Shown: positions 9,830 through 19,470 of the stretch, piece after piece
How the letters are laid out: each line of letters begins with the position of its first letter
How positions within the stretch are numbered: the stretch's first letter is position 1
From: a virus
Lineage: Duplodnaviria > Caudoviricetes
Length of the DNA stretch: 54,258 nucleotides
Strand: one strand, 5' to 3'
Virus record (IMG/VR): IMGVR_UViG_3300012000_000021
Coordinates: 1-54,258 of that record
Position numbers and translations under genes: made by a program
The notes under the pieces: generated by a model
Databases searched by the model: none
What the model was told of the DNA's origin: nothing
What the model saw: only the letters and a program-made list of their open reading frames with translations

Positions 9830-12694
9830 TTACGCCTTGACTACCACTCTGTATGCTTGAGTTGTAACTGGGGCGACTGCAAATCCGACTGTGACTGTGC
9901 TGGTCGTTACGTACACAACGTCAGTTACAACTTCAGCCTTTGTAGTGGTATCCCATACGGTAACCATGATGTCTGTAGTTCCAAGGCTGTGTGTGACTGT
10001 GAACTGTGTAGTTCCAGTTGCTCCACCATCTGTAGAAGTTCCAGTAATAGTTGTTGCGTAAGTTCCAAGTTGACCAGAGGTACCTTGTGCACCTGTTGTT
10101 CCTTGGGTACCAAGAGTACCTTGAGTACCTACTGTGCCTTGCGTACCAGTTGTACCTTGGGCTCCTACAGTGCCTTGGGCACCAACGGTACCCTGCGCTC
10201 CAGTTGTACCTTGTACACCAGTAGCACCATCGAGGTTGATTGACCATACAGCGTATGTTCCTGAGCCTCGAACGTCATTGACGTTTACAACCAGTGTGTT
10301 AGTTCCTGCTGTGTAACTTACTACAGTGGCAGACATGTTGTTGTTTACATCGTAAGCAACTACTACGTCTTGACCTACTGAGTATGAAAGATCTGCATCA
10401 GCCAGTACAAAACTTACGTTGTTTGCTACTGCAATTGCACGTGAGGTTGTAGAGGTTGTCTTGTAGCGATCTGAATGTCCTTCTGTACCTTGGGCACCGA
10501 CAGTACCCTGAGCACCGACGGTACCTTGGGTACCGACAGTACCTTGGCTACCAACAGTTCCCTGAGAGCCAACGGTTCCCTGTGAACCAACTGTACCTTG
10601 GGCGCCTGTTGTACCTTGAGCGCCTTCTGTACCTTGAGAACCGACTGTTCCCTGGCTACCGACAGTTCCTTGGGCTCCAGTTGTACCTTGGGCTCCGACA
10701 GTTCCTTGGCTACCTACAGTTCCCTGGCTACCAACAGTACCCTGTGCGCCAGTTGTACCCTGTGTACCGTCTGTTCCTTGGCTACCTACAGTACCTTGGG
10801 CACCTGTTGTACCCTGTGCACCAGTGGTGCCTTGGCTACCAACAGTACCTTGGGAACCTACTGCACCTTGTGCACCAAGGGTTCCTTGGGCACCGACAGT
10901 TCCTTGAGTTCCTGTTGTACCCTGGCTACCAGTTGTACCTTGAGAACCAACATCACCAGTACGAGCAAACGTTACAAGAACATCACTAGTATCTGGAATA
11001 TCTCCGCTACCTACAAGTGGAGTTACATCTAAGTTGTACCAGCCAGAGTTATCAACCATTGAGTTGATTGCCCAAAGGCCAAATACCGCAGTATTTCCTT
11101 TAACAGTTATCTTTACATGGCCCTTAATTGGTGATGTTGAGTCATCAATAGTCTGTAGATAAGCAGCCATATCAAATGCGTTAATATCATTTTGATCAAT
11201 TGCAATGTGTGTTGAATTTGAAGTATCTGCAGTATTGAATCTAATTTTTCCTGAACCTGGATCAGCCATTGTTGTACTGGCTGCAGTCTCGTACTCAACA
11301 GTTACACCGCCGAAGTTACCTTCTTTACCTTGTACACCTTGAGTACCGTCTGTACCTTGAGCACCTAAAGTACCTTGGCTACCGACTGTTCCCTGGGCAC
11401 CAACTGCTCCTTGAGCACCAAGAGTACCCTGTGATCCGACAGTTCCCTGTGAACCAACTGTACCTTGACTACCGACTGTACCTTGTGCACCGAGAGTACC
11501 TTGGCTACCAACTGCTCCTTGAGATCCAACAGTACCCTGTGTACCTTCAGTACCCTGTGCTCCTACAGTTCCCTGTGCTCCTACAGTACCCTGTGATCCC
11601 ACAGTTCCCTGAGCACCAGTAGTGCCTTGAGCACCGACAGTTCCCTGTGAACCAACTGTACCTTGTGAACCTACAGTTCCTTGTGCACCTGTAGTGCCTT
11701 GAGAACCTAAAGTACCTTGAGTACCAACAGTTCCTTGTGCACCTACTGTTCCCTGTGCTCCTTGAGCACCGAGATCACCAGTACGAGCAAAGGTAAATAG
11801 AAGTTCTTCGCCATTGCTAAAGTTTCCGTTACCAGAGACATAAGCAACGTTAACAGTAAACCAATTTGATTGATCAGTAACACCAGAAATTGTGTAAAGA
11901 GCAAAAACAGAAGTATCATTTTTCTTAGATACTTTTACGTGACCCTTGATAGTAGAGGTTGAGTCATCAATAGTTTGTAAGAAGTTAGAGACATCGTAGT
12001 TACCATCAGAAGGGTTGATGTCTAATGCAAGAATTGTTGCTGAGGCTAACGTAGTGTTATTTAGACGAGCATAGTTGTCGCCTGGGTCTGACATACTTGT
12101 GCTATTACTGTATGTGTACTCAACTGTAATACCACCGAATGAACCTTCAGTACCCTGTGTACCTTGCGCTCCGTTGTTTCCGTCAATACCTTGTATACCA
12201 TTAGTACCTTGTGAACCTACTGTGCCTTGCGCTCCTACAGTTCCTTGTGAGCCTACTGTTCCTTGGCTACCTACAGTACCTTGTGATCCAACTGTACCTT
12301 GAGCACCATTAGAACCATCTAGACCTTGAGCACCTGCTGCTCCTTGGGCTCCTACAGTTCCTTGGCTACCGACAGTACCTTGTGCACCAACGGTACCTTG
12401 CGCTCCTACAGTTCCCTGTGCACCGACAGTGCCTTGAGAACCTATTGCTCCTTGTGTACCAATCGTTCCCTGTGCGCCGACAGTTCCCTGTGCGCCAGTG
12501 GTTCCTTGTGTACCTTGGCTTGCGTTAATCCACGCAGTGCCGTTCCAAGTCTTTACAACCTTATCGTCAGTGTCATAGTAAATCTGACCTTCGACTGGGT
12601 TGGCTGGCTTGTTAACGGTAGCAAGGTTTTGAATACGAGCATTCTGTAATTCAAGTTTTCCTAAATCAATTGGGGTTAAAAACTTACGGGCCAC
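9830..12694 (-). CDS. long collagen-like fibre protein
   Basis: 954 aa. Four G(A/S/T)QGT(V/T/L) collagen segments separated by globular domains; GQIYYDT...WNGTAW at the N-terminus. Confidence 0.9.
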   Translation of the reverse strand: MARKFLTPIDLGKLELQNARIQNLATVNKPANPVEGQIYYDTDDKVVKTWNGTAWINASQGTQGTTGAQGTVGAQGTIGTQGAIGSQGTVGAQGTVGAQGTVGAQGTVGSQGTVGAQGAAGAQGLDGSNGAQGTVGSQGTVGSQGTVGSQGTVGAQGTVGSQGTNGIQGIDGNNGAQGTQGTEGSFGGITVEYTYSNSTSMSDPGDNYARLNNTTLASATILALDINPSDGNYDVSNFLQTIDDSTSTIKGHVKVSKKNDTSVFALYTISGVTDQSNWFTVNVAYVSGNGNFSNGEELLFTFARTGDLGAQGAQGTVGAQGTVGTQGTLGSQGTTGAQGTVGSQGTVGSQGTVGAQGTTGAQGTVGSQGTVGAQGTVGAQGTEGTQGTVGSQGAVGSQGTLGAQGTVGSQGTVGSQGTVGSQGTLGAQGAVGAQGTVGSQGTLGAQGTDGTQGVQGKEGNFGGVTVEYETAASTTMADPGSGKIRFNTADTSNSTHIAIDQNDINAFDMAAYLQTIDDSTSPIKGHVKITVKGNTAVFGLWAINSMVDNSGWYNLDVTPLVGSGDIPDTSDVLVTFARTGDVGSQGTTGSQGTTGTQGTVGAQGTLGAQGAVGSQGTVGSQGTTGAQGTTGAQGTVGSQGTDGTQGTTGAQGTVGSQGTVGSQGTVGAQGTTGAQGTVGSQGTVGSQGTEGAQGTTGAQGTVGSQGTVGSQGTVGSQGTVGTQGTVGAQGTVGAQGTEGHSDRYKTTSTTSRAIAVANNVSFVLADADLSYSVGQDVVVAYDVNNNMSATVVSYTAGTNTLVVNVNDVRGSGTYAVWSINLDGATGVQGTTGAQGTVGAQGTVGAQGTTGTQGTVGTQGTLGTQGTTGAQGTSGQLGTYATTITGTSTDGGATGTTQFTVTHSLGTTDIMVTVWDTTTKAEVVTDVVYVTTSTVTVGFAVAPVTTQAYRVVVKA

Positions 12695-12705
12695 GGTTTA
12701 TCTCC

Positions 12706-13257
12706 TTAAGATAAGTAGGCATTACCTGAGAAAGCGGATTGGAAGGAGACCGTTAGTGAGTTCGAATTAGTGTACGCAATTTCACCTTCAACAATGTTAC
12801 CAGCAGAGTCTATAACTGTAACGTTAGGCTTAAAGCCTAAATTATGAGTAATCGCCCAGGAATTACTGGCCGCTCCTTGCATGTGAGCATATGAGACACG
12901 AGCAACTGTAAAGTACTTATTTGTTGTGCCTTCTGTAAGGTCGTCTGTGTTATCAAGTGCTGCTCCACTAATACCTTGTAGTCCAGCAGTTCCTTGTGTT
13001 CCTTGAGTTCCAGTACCAAGTCGACCTTGTACACCTTGTACACCTTGAAGACCAATGGTTCCCTGTACACCCTGTGTACCTTGGGCGCCTCTGACTCCTT
13101 GAGTACCTTGAGCACCAGTTACCGCTCCACCACCAGAGCAGGCACCGCACCCACAGTTTGATGCGTGGACAGTTCCTTCAGGTGTTGTTATGAGTACGAC
13201 GTTGTTAACTGCAATTGGTACCGTTGCAGACCCTGGACGGGTGTACTGATTCGTCAT
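12706..13257 (-). CDS. short collagen-like structural protein
   Basis: G-X-Q repeats, a TDDLTEGTTNKYF motif and a C-terminal WAITHNLGFKPNVTV domain. Confidence 0.8.
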   Translation of the reverse strand: MTNQYTRPGSATVPIAVNNVVLITTPEGTVHASNCGCGACSGGGAVTGAQGTQGVRGAQGTQGVQGTIGLQGVQGVQGRLGTGTQGTQGTAGLQGISGAALDNTDDLTEGTTNKYFTVARVSYAHMQGAASNSWAITHNLGFKPNVTVIDSAGNIVEGEIAYTNSNSLTVSFQSAFSGNAYLS

Positions 13258-14312
13258 TGGCTTACCTCTTTTGTAACGAAGATTATTCCAGAGACGTAAG
13301 TGTGAGTTACACCTTCTGCGTCTGTCAATTGTACATCGTAGTACGATCTTGCAGGAAGTAAACGAGTCTGCTCACCAGTAAGTGAAAGAACCAGTGTTCG
13401 TTGATTATCGCCATCTTCAGTGATGTTTGGTTTTGTCACAGTAAACTCAGCAAATACAACTGCTGCACCTGGAAGTGATCTAATCTCTGCCAGTGGGGTT
13501 AAGTTGTTTACTTCAAAGTCTAAACGAATAGAGAACTCGTAGTCATCACCTTCGTAGATGTTGAGGTCTTGCACAACAGTTGTTGGAGTTGGTTTGACAT
13601 TTCCATAGGTAGGGATAGGTAGACGAACCCTTGTCTTAGGGGACTTGTTGTCAATCTCCTGTGGCTCAAATACTGGTACGTATTCATTAGTGGTCTTTGA
13701 AATACGACGCAATGAGAACACATCGATCTTGTACAAACCAATGCCAAGTTGTGAACAGAGTTCCTTGTATTGGTTCTTGCGAACTTCAATCATCTGCATC
13801 AACTGGCGGTAACGCTCAGAGCGAGGAATCATCACTCCATCTGGCGCTTGAATGTCGATATCAAAAGAGGCATCTGTAGCCAGTGTGTACATGGCTAGAG
13901 TAGATGCGTAAATAATTACTGGATACTCTTCTACGGTAGGTAAATTTGCCATAGTCATTGTGCGGCCGTAAGAGTCTGTGTGAAAAGTAGTGTGTTGTGC
14001 AAATGCGTCGTCGATATACTGGCAAACTTCAGTCTCTGTGAAGTACTTGAAGTAGTTTCCAGCAACGATAACGACGTCACCTGCTGCTGGAGTGTCGTCA
14101 AAGACGATATGCCCTGTTGCTTCTTCAACCTCTACATCAGCAGACACATCTACTCCATCGCTATTTATGGCTAGGTATGCACCGTCAAGAGGAGAGTAGG
14201 GAATAAGAAAACGGTTAGTGGTGCCATCAGCCACAAATTGGTAGACGAAAGATCGACCAATGTCACCAAGTTCGTAACGTAGGCGGTTTGACATCGCTGC
14301 TAATGTAGCCAC
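13254..14312 (-). CDS. virion structural protein (probable head-tail adaptor/neck)
   Basis: LRYELGD start typical of adaptors and a C-terminal YYDVQL Ig/BppU-like domain. Lies after the capsid gene. Confidence 0.6.
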   Translation of the reverse strand: MATLAAMSNRLRYELGDIGRSFVYQFVADGTTNRFLIPYSPLDGAYLAINSDGVDVSADVEVEEATGHIVFDDTPAAGDVVIVAGNYFKYFTETEVCQYIDDAFAQHTTFHTDSYGRTMTMANLPTVEEYPVIIYASTLAMYTLATDASFDIDIQAPDGVMIPRSERYRQLMQMIEVRKNQYKELCSQLGIGLYKIDVFSLRRISKTTNEYVPVFEPQEIDNKSPKTRVRLPIPTYGNVKPTPTTVVQDLNIYEGDDYEFSIRLDFEVNNLTPLAEIRSLPGAAVVFAEFTVTKPNITEDGDNQRTLVLSLTGEQTRLLPARSYYDVQLTDAEGVTHTYVSGIIFVTKEVSQ

Positions 14313-14370
14313 TTAACCTCCGTAAAATTACTGTGCCTATCATCTCGTGTAATCAAGATTTACACAGGGC

Positions 14371-14426
14371 AAAAAAGGCCCAACCCCCAACTGGGAGGAG
14401 GGCGGGAACCAGTTGAGGGTCGGACT
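14371..14426 (-). terminator. intrinsic terminator
   Basis: Stem CCAACCCCCAACTGG / CCAGTTGAGGGTCGG followed by T6 on the minus strand. Confidence 0.7.
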
Positions 14427-14444
14427 ACTTGTGACGTCTAGTGT

Positions 14445-14816
14445 TTAGTTAGGACGCCAAATATATCCAAGTTGCTCAAGGTAAGCCGCAAGATCTGATG
14501 GGACTCGATACTTAACGCCAGCCTTAAAGGTGTAAGCATTGCCTACGCCGTAAGTCATTTCTTCAATGTCAGTAATTGTACGGATGACAACCATGTCACC
14601 TGCAGTTGATACTCCAACATTTTCGATCTCGTCTAGTACGAGTGGGGCATCTGGCTTCTTAGGATCAAAGACATCCTTCTCCAGACTCTCTGCTTCAAGT
14701 TGCGTAGCAATAGAGATCTCTTCTGCACGCTTCTTTAACTCTGCTGCGTTCTTCTTTGTTGCTTGCTCTTTAGCACGACCTGTTGCGTCTAAAGGACTTA
14801 CTGGTGTATTTGCCAC
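14445..14816 (-). CDS. hypothetical protein downstream of the capsid gene
   Basis: 123 aa, AGGAG RBS. Confidence 0.75.
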   Translation of the reverse strand: MANTPVSPLDATGRAKEQATKKNAAELKKRAEEISIATQLEAESLEKDVFDPKKPDAPLVLDEIENVGVSTAGDMVVIRTITDIEEMTYGVGNAYTFKAGVKYRVPSDLAAYLEQLGYIWRPN

Positions 14817-14848
14817 GGTATGTATTCTCCTAAAGTAGATTGGTTATT

Positions 14849-14889
14849 GATGCCTGGGGACCCAGGAAGGAGTAGGGTCCCCAGACATC
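14849..14889 (-). other. intergenic stem-loop after the major capsid gene
   Basis: GATGCCTGGGGACCC / GGGTCCCCAGACATC 15-bp stem with no U-tract. Confidence 0.65.
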
Positions 14890-14902
14890 TGTAAAACTTG
14901 TC

Positions 14903-16030
14903 TTAGTTTGTGTAAACCTTGACGATAGCCTGATCGGTGATTACACCTAGGCCCCAGATTGCGTACCATGCAAGAGCGTGCTCACGACCGAAGTCAAGAA
15001 CTCCACCGTCACGTAGTTCAACTGGGAGAGAGATTGCGTGACCAAATGCGTTGTCACCAATCATGATTGATTCGTAAACTTCAGCACCGTTACCAGTTGC
15101 TGATGTTAGGTAACCCTTTTCTGCAGTGTAATCAGCAGACTCTGGGTTTCCACCTGAACCTGGGGCTGTGTTAGCCTTGACAGGAACGCTGTACTGATCT
15201 GCTGGAACACCAACAGATGTTGAAGTTGTGTAAGCAGCGTTAACTGCCAACTTCTTAACCTGTGTTGTTTCGATGAATACTACGTCGTATAGACGACCGA
15301 TTTCACCGAGCATGAAGTTACCTGGAGCAGCGTACTTTGTAACTTCGATGAACTCTGGGTTCGAACGAATGTCACGTGACTGCTTTGGGTGTACAAACTG
15401 TACATATGTCTCACCTAAGCGAGGGATGTTCTTACCAGCAAGGGTAAGAGCAGCATCCTTTACAGCACCTGTTGACAACTTGTAGTTACCATCAAGGTCT
15501 GACATCTGTGTTGCTACTGTGCCTTCGTTGTACCAGTCATTAACACCTTGTACTGCTGAGCGGTCGTAACCAAACACTGCTGATGTTGCTGCTGATAGTG
15601 TGTTGCGAGCCTGTACATCTAGGTACTGCGCCATGTGGCGACCTAGAAGACGTGAGGCTGAAGCCATAACGTCATCGAATGATGCGTTAAGAAGTAGTTC
15701 AGAAACTGCTACTGCGTAGCCGTGTTCTGCAACTGTGATTGCGATCTGCTCTGCTGTTAGAGCGTTGGTTGTCATACGAACACCTTCAGTTAGAGGTGTT
15801 GGATCGATACCAAAGTTCTTGTAACGGAGGAAGTTAACGCGTAGACCAGGTGCTACACCTAGTTCTGTCTTCTTAACTGCGAATTGCTCGAAGCGAAGAA
15901 TTGGCATTGCCTGGAACAAGATTTCCTTGCTCCAGATTGTTTGAATTGCTTGGCTCAAAGATGTGTTTGAACCTGAGTACGCTGTAGGCGCTCCTGCGAG
16001 TTGCCCAGTACCTGTAATTGCACTTGCCAT
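14903..16030 (-). CDS. major capsid protein (N4-gp56-like, HK97 fold)
   Basis: 375 aa with PLTEGV, EHGYAV..SE, VHPKQSRDIR, GEIGRLYDVVFIET and DFGR...AWY..WG. Follows the scaffold gene. Confidence 0.9.
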   Translation of the reverse strand: MASAITGTGQLAGAPTAYSGSNTSLSQAIQTIWSKEILFQAMPILRFEQFAVKKTELGVAPGLRVNFLRYKNFGIDPTPLTEGVRMTTNALTAEQIAITVAEHGYAVAVSELLLNASFDDVMASASRLLGRHMAQYLDVQARNTLSAATSAVFGYDRSAVQGVNDWYNEGTVATQMSDLDGNYKLSTGAVKDAALTLAGKNIPRLGETYVQFVHPKQSRDIRSNPEFIEVTKYAAPGNFMLGEIGRLYDVVFIETTQVKKLAVNAAYTTSTSVGVPADQYSVPVKANTAPGSGGNPESADYTAEKGYLTSATGNGAEVYESIMIGDNAFGHAISLPVELRDGGVLDFGREHALAWYAIWGLGVITDQAIVKVYTN

Positions 16031-16069
16031 TTAGGTCAAGTCCTTTCTTAATTGGTTAGTTGGAAGGGA

Positions 16070-16843
16070 TTACTGATCGAACAGTCCCTGACCACGATTG
16101 CTGGCGGCAGTGCCAAGTAACTTGGCTCTTTGTTTCGCATAGTCGGCCATTGTCATGTCCCGAATTGCATCGGGTGTATACGATTGTTGTGACGAGTCAT
16201 TATCGAGGGGTCCTGAGGCAGGTGCGGTAATTCGAGTACCTGCCATTTGTTGCTTCGCAGATTGCATTGCTGCTTGTGCAGATTGCAAAATACTTGAAGA
16301 CTTATCTTTGAGAGTAGCGATGCTGCTCTCAACTTCATCGGGAGTATTACCTTGAATCAAATCGATTAGTTCAGGAACGATATTATCCCGCTCTTGTTCC
16401 AGACGATTTTGACGGTAATTCATTAGTTCTTGGAACCTGCGCTCTTGCTCTAGTAGAGCAAATGCACGTTCTCTTTCAAGACGTTCGTTCTCTAGTTGAG
16501 AACTAAATTCTTGCTCCTTCTTTGCGAGGAGTTCTTTGAACGATAGTTCACTTTCTTCTTCTTGCTTACGCTTTGCTTCTGCTTCTTTCTCAAGAGCAAG
16601 ACGAAGGTTTTCGCGTTCTGCTTCTTTGGCTGCTGCTTCTTCAGCACGAGCCTTTGCAGCAGCAAGTTCTTCTTTCATCTTTTCCATTTGAGGATATAAC
16701 TTTGCTTTTTCTTGCTCACGAGCCTTAGCAATGTCATCTGCGGTATACACAGAACTCACCTCATTCTGAAAAACTTCTTGTGCTGTAACTGCTTCTGCTA
16801 ATTGCGGAGACAGTAGATCAGCGGTTTCTACTTGGTTTTCCAT
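16070..16843 (-). CDS. capsid scaffolding protein
   Basis: E/K/A-rich coiled coil with a C-terminal IRDMTMADYAKQR capsid-binding-type helix. Lies between portal and MCP. Confidence 0.8.
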   Translation of the reverse strand: MENQVETADLLSPQLAEAVTAQEVFQNEVSSVYTADDIAKAREQEKAKLYPQMEKMKEELAAAKARAEEAAAKEAERENLRLALEKEAEAKRKQEEESELSFKELLAKKEQEFSSQLENERLERERAFALLEQERRFQELMNYRQNRLEQERDNIVPELIDLIQGNTPDEVESSIATLKDKSSSILQSAQAAMQSAKQQMAGTRITAPASGPLDNDSSQQSYTPDAIRDMTMADYAKQRAKLLGTAASNRGQGLFDQ

Positions 16844-16973
16844 AGTAATCACCTATATTTTCTGGGTCTTTGTCCGAATGCCTTGCGGCGTGCCACTGGG
16901 TTTTATTACGAGATAATTGCATTACATTTCACTACAAAAATCTCGGTATACTCTGATTTTTTATCAGAATCTT

Positions 16974-18710
16974 CTATTCCTTATCAACCGATCTGCGCTG
17001 TGGGATTTTAGTTCCGTAGGCATCGGTGACAAGTTTGTTACGCAGTTCTGCCTCAGCCTGGACTTCGATTCCCTTAGTCTCTTGGCTTGCAGGATTTTGT
17101 GGATTGTTGTCATCCTGTGGTCCCATCATGCCATCACCCATAACATCGCCGTCTCCTAGTTGAGTAGGCTGCATTGGGATAGCGGAGTTGCCATCAGGTC
17201 CTGGCATCATTCCAGTCATGTCCATGATCTGCTTCTGGATCTGGATCTTTACAAGTTGTAGAGCGCCATCTGCTTCAGCATCAGTGATAAGTTCTTGACG
17301 AATTTCCTGCAACTTCTCCTCTGGGAATTCCTCACCAAGAGTACGAAGTGCACCTTCTTTAGACTCAAGACCCATACCCAACTTAGTCTGGATTTCGTTG
17401 AGCGCAATCAACTTATCAAGAGGCAGTGGCTGTGGGAAGTGAGCATAGTTCATGTACGAGATAGGATCATTAGGATCAAGCATAGGTAGTTGACCTGGCT
17501 TAATAGGTCCATCTACATCTGGGTTGTACATCATCGTCTCTGGTTCCTTGAGGTACAGAGTACGAAGTGCTAACTCGTTGATTCTTTCAATACCCTTGCC
17601 ATACTGGGCTACCTTTTGTGAGTAGCGATTCATCAATGGCTGATACTGGATAGACAGGGCTACACCTGAGGTGTTAGAAATCGCTTGAACTTGTCCCAGT
17701 GCGGTTTCTGGGATGTTCATAAGTTCATGCATTGAGCGCTTTAGAAGTTCGAGATACTTCAAAGCACCATCAATACCTTGGGCGCCGCCTTCAAGATTGA
17801 AGACTTGAGCATCTTTTGGAAGACCGCCCCAAACCTTCTTAGCACCCTTTTCCAAGTTAGAGGCTTTAGCACCCACGATCACTGTCACTGGTGATGCGTG
17901 GTAATTAATGATGTCAGCGACATCAGTGCTAATTTCGTTGTATGCACGGTTGATAGTGATGATGTCATGTGCGTCCGAGAGACCCCACGGCGATCCTGAA
18001 ACAGGAACATTAGGTATATGTACCACTGGGATTAGTCCTAGTGGATTTGGGCGAGAGTCAATTAACTCATCGTTGACGTACTCTTCAATAACGTCGTCAG
18101 TCAAAATTTCAGTATAGGTAAACACTTGACGTGTACCTTCTAGTGATGTTCCCCAGAAACGATACTTCTGTTTAAAACGCAGTAGGCGTGTGCGATCGTG
18201 TGGGTGGAACTCAGGAAAACAGAAAGAAGAGTTCATTGGTAGTAGACGAACACGGCCAGGATGGAAGTGACCAGCAGAGTCTGTCCATGGCTCTTCGTAT
18301 GCGACCTTTACAAAACAATCACCAGTGATTCCGCCTTGCTGTCCCATCTCAAGTAGGACACGCATCTTGTCATTGTCTACTTCCCAAATGCGCTCTAAGC
18401 GATCTGGAACAATTGCTTCTGTTGCTTTAGGTGAACGAAAATGTATACCGTTACCAAATGTAAAACGTGAAAGATAGTCATCAAATGCACGGTAGTAGTT
18501 AACTGCAATCTGCATCTCACCTTGCTCACGGCGATAGCCCCAGTGATGACCAAGATACATCGCCCAGTTGAGTGAGTAACGATTAAGTCGAGGACCGTGT
18601 ACTTCAAACTCTTCATCAGCAAGTTCCACCAAACCAAGTGGTGAAATTGAGATTGTTAAATCGCTAGAGGCTGCTCTATACGATGGAGGACTAAAGTCAA
18701 GAAATGACAT
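16974..18710 (-). CDS. portal protein (SPP1 gp6-like)
   Basis: 578 aa with NPLGLIPVVHIPN...WGLSD and NTSGVAL motifs. Expected position in the head module. Confidence 0.88.
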   Translation of the reverse strand: MSFLDFSPPSYRAASSDLTISISPLGLVELADEEFEVHGPRLNRYSLNWAMYLGHHWGYRREQGEMQIAVNYYRAFDDYLSRFTFGNGIHFRSPKATEAIVPDRLERIWEVDNDKMRVLLEMGQQGGITGDCFVKVAYEEPWTDSAGHFHPGRVRLLPMNSSFCFPEFHPHDRTRLLRFKQKYRFWGTSLEGTRQVFTYTEILTDDVIEEYVNDELIDSRPNPLGLIPVVHIPNVPVSGSPWGLSDAHDIITINRAYNEISTDVADIINYHASPVTVIVGAKASNLEKGAKKVWGGLPKDAQVFNLEGGAQGIDGALKYLELLKRSMHELMNIPETALGQVQAISNTSGVALSIQYQPLMNRYSQKVAQYGKGIERINELALRTLYLKEPETMMYNPDVDGPIKPGQLPMLDPNDPISYMNYAHFPQPLPLDKLIALNEIQTKLGMGLESKEGALRTLGEEFPEEKLQEIRQELITDAEADGALQLVKIQIQKQIMDMTGMMPGPDGNSAIPMQPTQLGDGDVMGDGMMGPQDDNNPQNPASQETKGIEVQAEAELRNKLVTDAYGTKIPQRRSVDKE

Positions 18711-18955
18711 TACTTCTTCTTATCTTTCTTGTTTTCTTTTTTAGTTTCAAGATGCTTTGACTTTTCTTTGTCTTCTTTTTTCTTAGCCATTGCAACTTTA
18801 CGTGTGGCTTCAGTCGTTTCAACAAACTGTCCACCGCTCTGGATGTACTTCTTGTGCACCCATGCTGATGCACCTGGATTTGGGTATGAGGAATACTTAG
18901 CACGAGCCATAGCAACGATAGTTGCATATAACTTTGGGTTTGCGGGTTTTCTCAT
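18710..18955 (-). CDS. small basic hypothetical protein
   Basis: PANPKLY...YP...A.AWV.K.Y...GG.F motif and a Lys-rich tail. Confidence 0.7.
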   Translation of the reverse strand: MRKPANPKLYATIVAMARAKYSSYPNPGASAWVHKKYIQSGGQFVETTEATRKVAMAKKKEDKEKSKHLETKKENKKDKKK

Positions 18956-19024
18956 ATCTCCTCCAAGGATAGCCTAACCACCCTCACACTAGTGTAAGGG
19001 TGGGTCGGCGTACTTACTAAACTA

Positions 19025-19420
19025 TTAGTCGTTTACGACTGTTGGTGACATGCGCTGTGTGCGGCCACCTGAACGAACTGCAGTCTCAAATTGAGCACCT
19101 GAATAGTCATTCATTGTTCCATGTGCAAATTCACCAAGGAATGTTGGTGCTTCTGTCCATGATGCTGATCCAACGTGTGCACGCTCTGAGAGAGTCTCAG
19201 CAGCGGTCTTTGTGTGTACTGGTGCGTTGCGGTTTGGACGGCCAGGTGCTGTTGCAGAACCTGACATCATTCCTACCTGGAAGTCTGCTGGCACATCTGT
19301 GTCAGTTGCGACTCCTTCTTCAAAACGTAGTGGTCCACGGCGAGTTGCGTTGCCAGACTCTTTCATTTCGTAGATCTGAGGTGCACGCTCTGGAAAGCGA
19401 GGTGCTGGTGAGATTGTCAT
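19025..19420 (-). CDS. conserved phage hypothetical protein
   Basis: 131 aa with AAGGAG RBS, between terminase and portal. Confidence 0.75.
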   Translation of the reverse strand: MTISPAPRFPERAPQIYEMKESGNATRRGPLRFEEGVATDTDVPADFQVGMMSGSATAPGRPNRNAPVHTKTAAETLSERAHVGSASWTEAPTFLGEFAHGTMNDYSGAQFETAVRSGGRTQRMSPTVVND

Positions 19421-19470
19421 ATTTACTCCTTACATAGTTTCCACCTTTTTGAGGTATCTATGTTGTTCAA

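Noticed and set aside
8250-13120. Highly periodic 9/18-bp repeats as a CRISPR array or satellite
   Set aside because: They are degenerate at third codon positions and encode G-X-Y collagen on the - strand. There are no unique spacers and no cas genes.
8282-13150. Numerous alternate-frame and antisense ORFs over the collagen genes (also over 24964-27741)
   Set aside because: These are shadow ORFs produced by stop-poor repetitive coding sequence, with no RBS or coupling.
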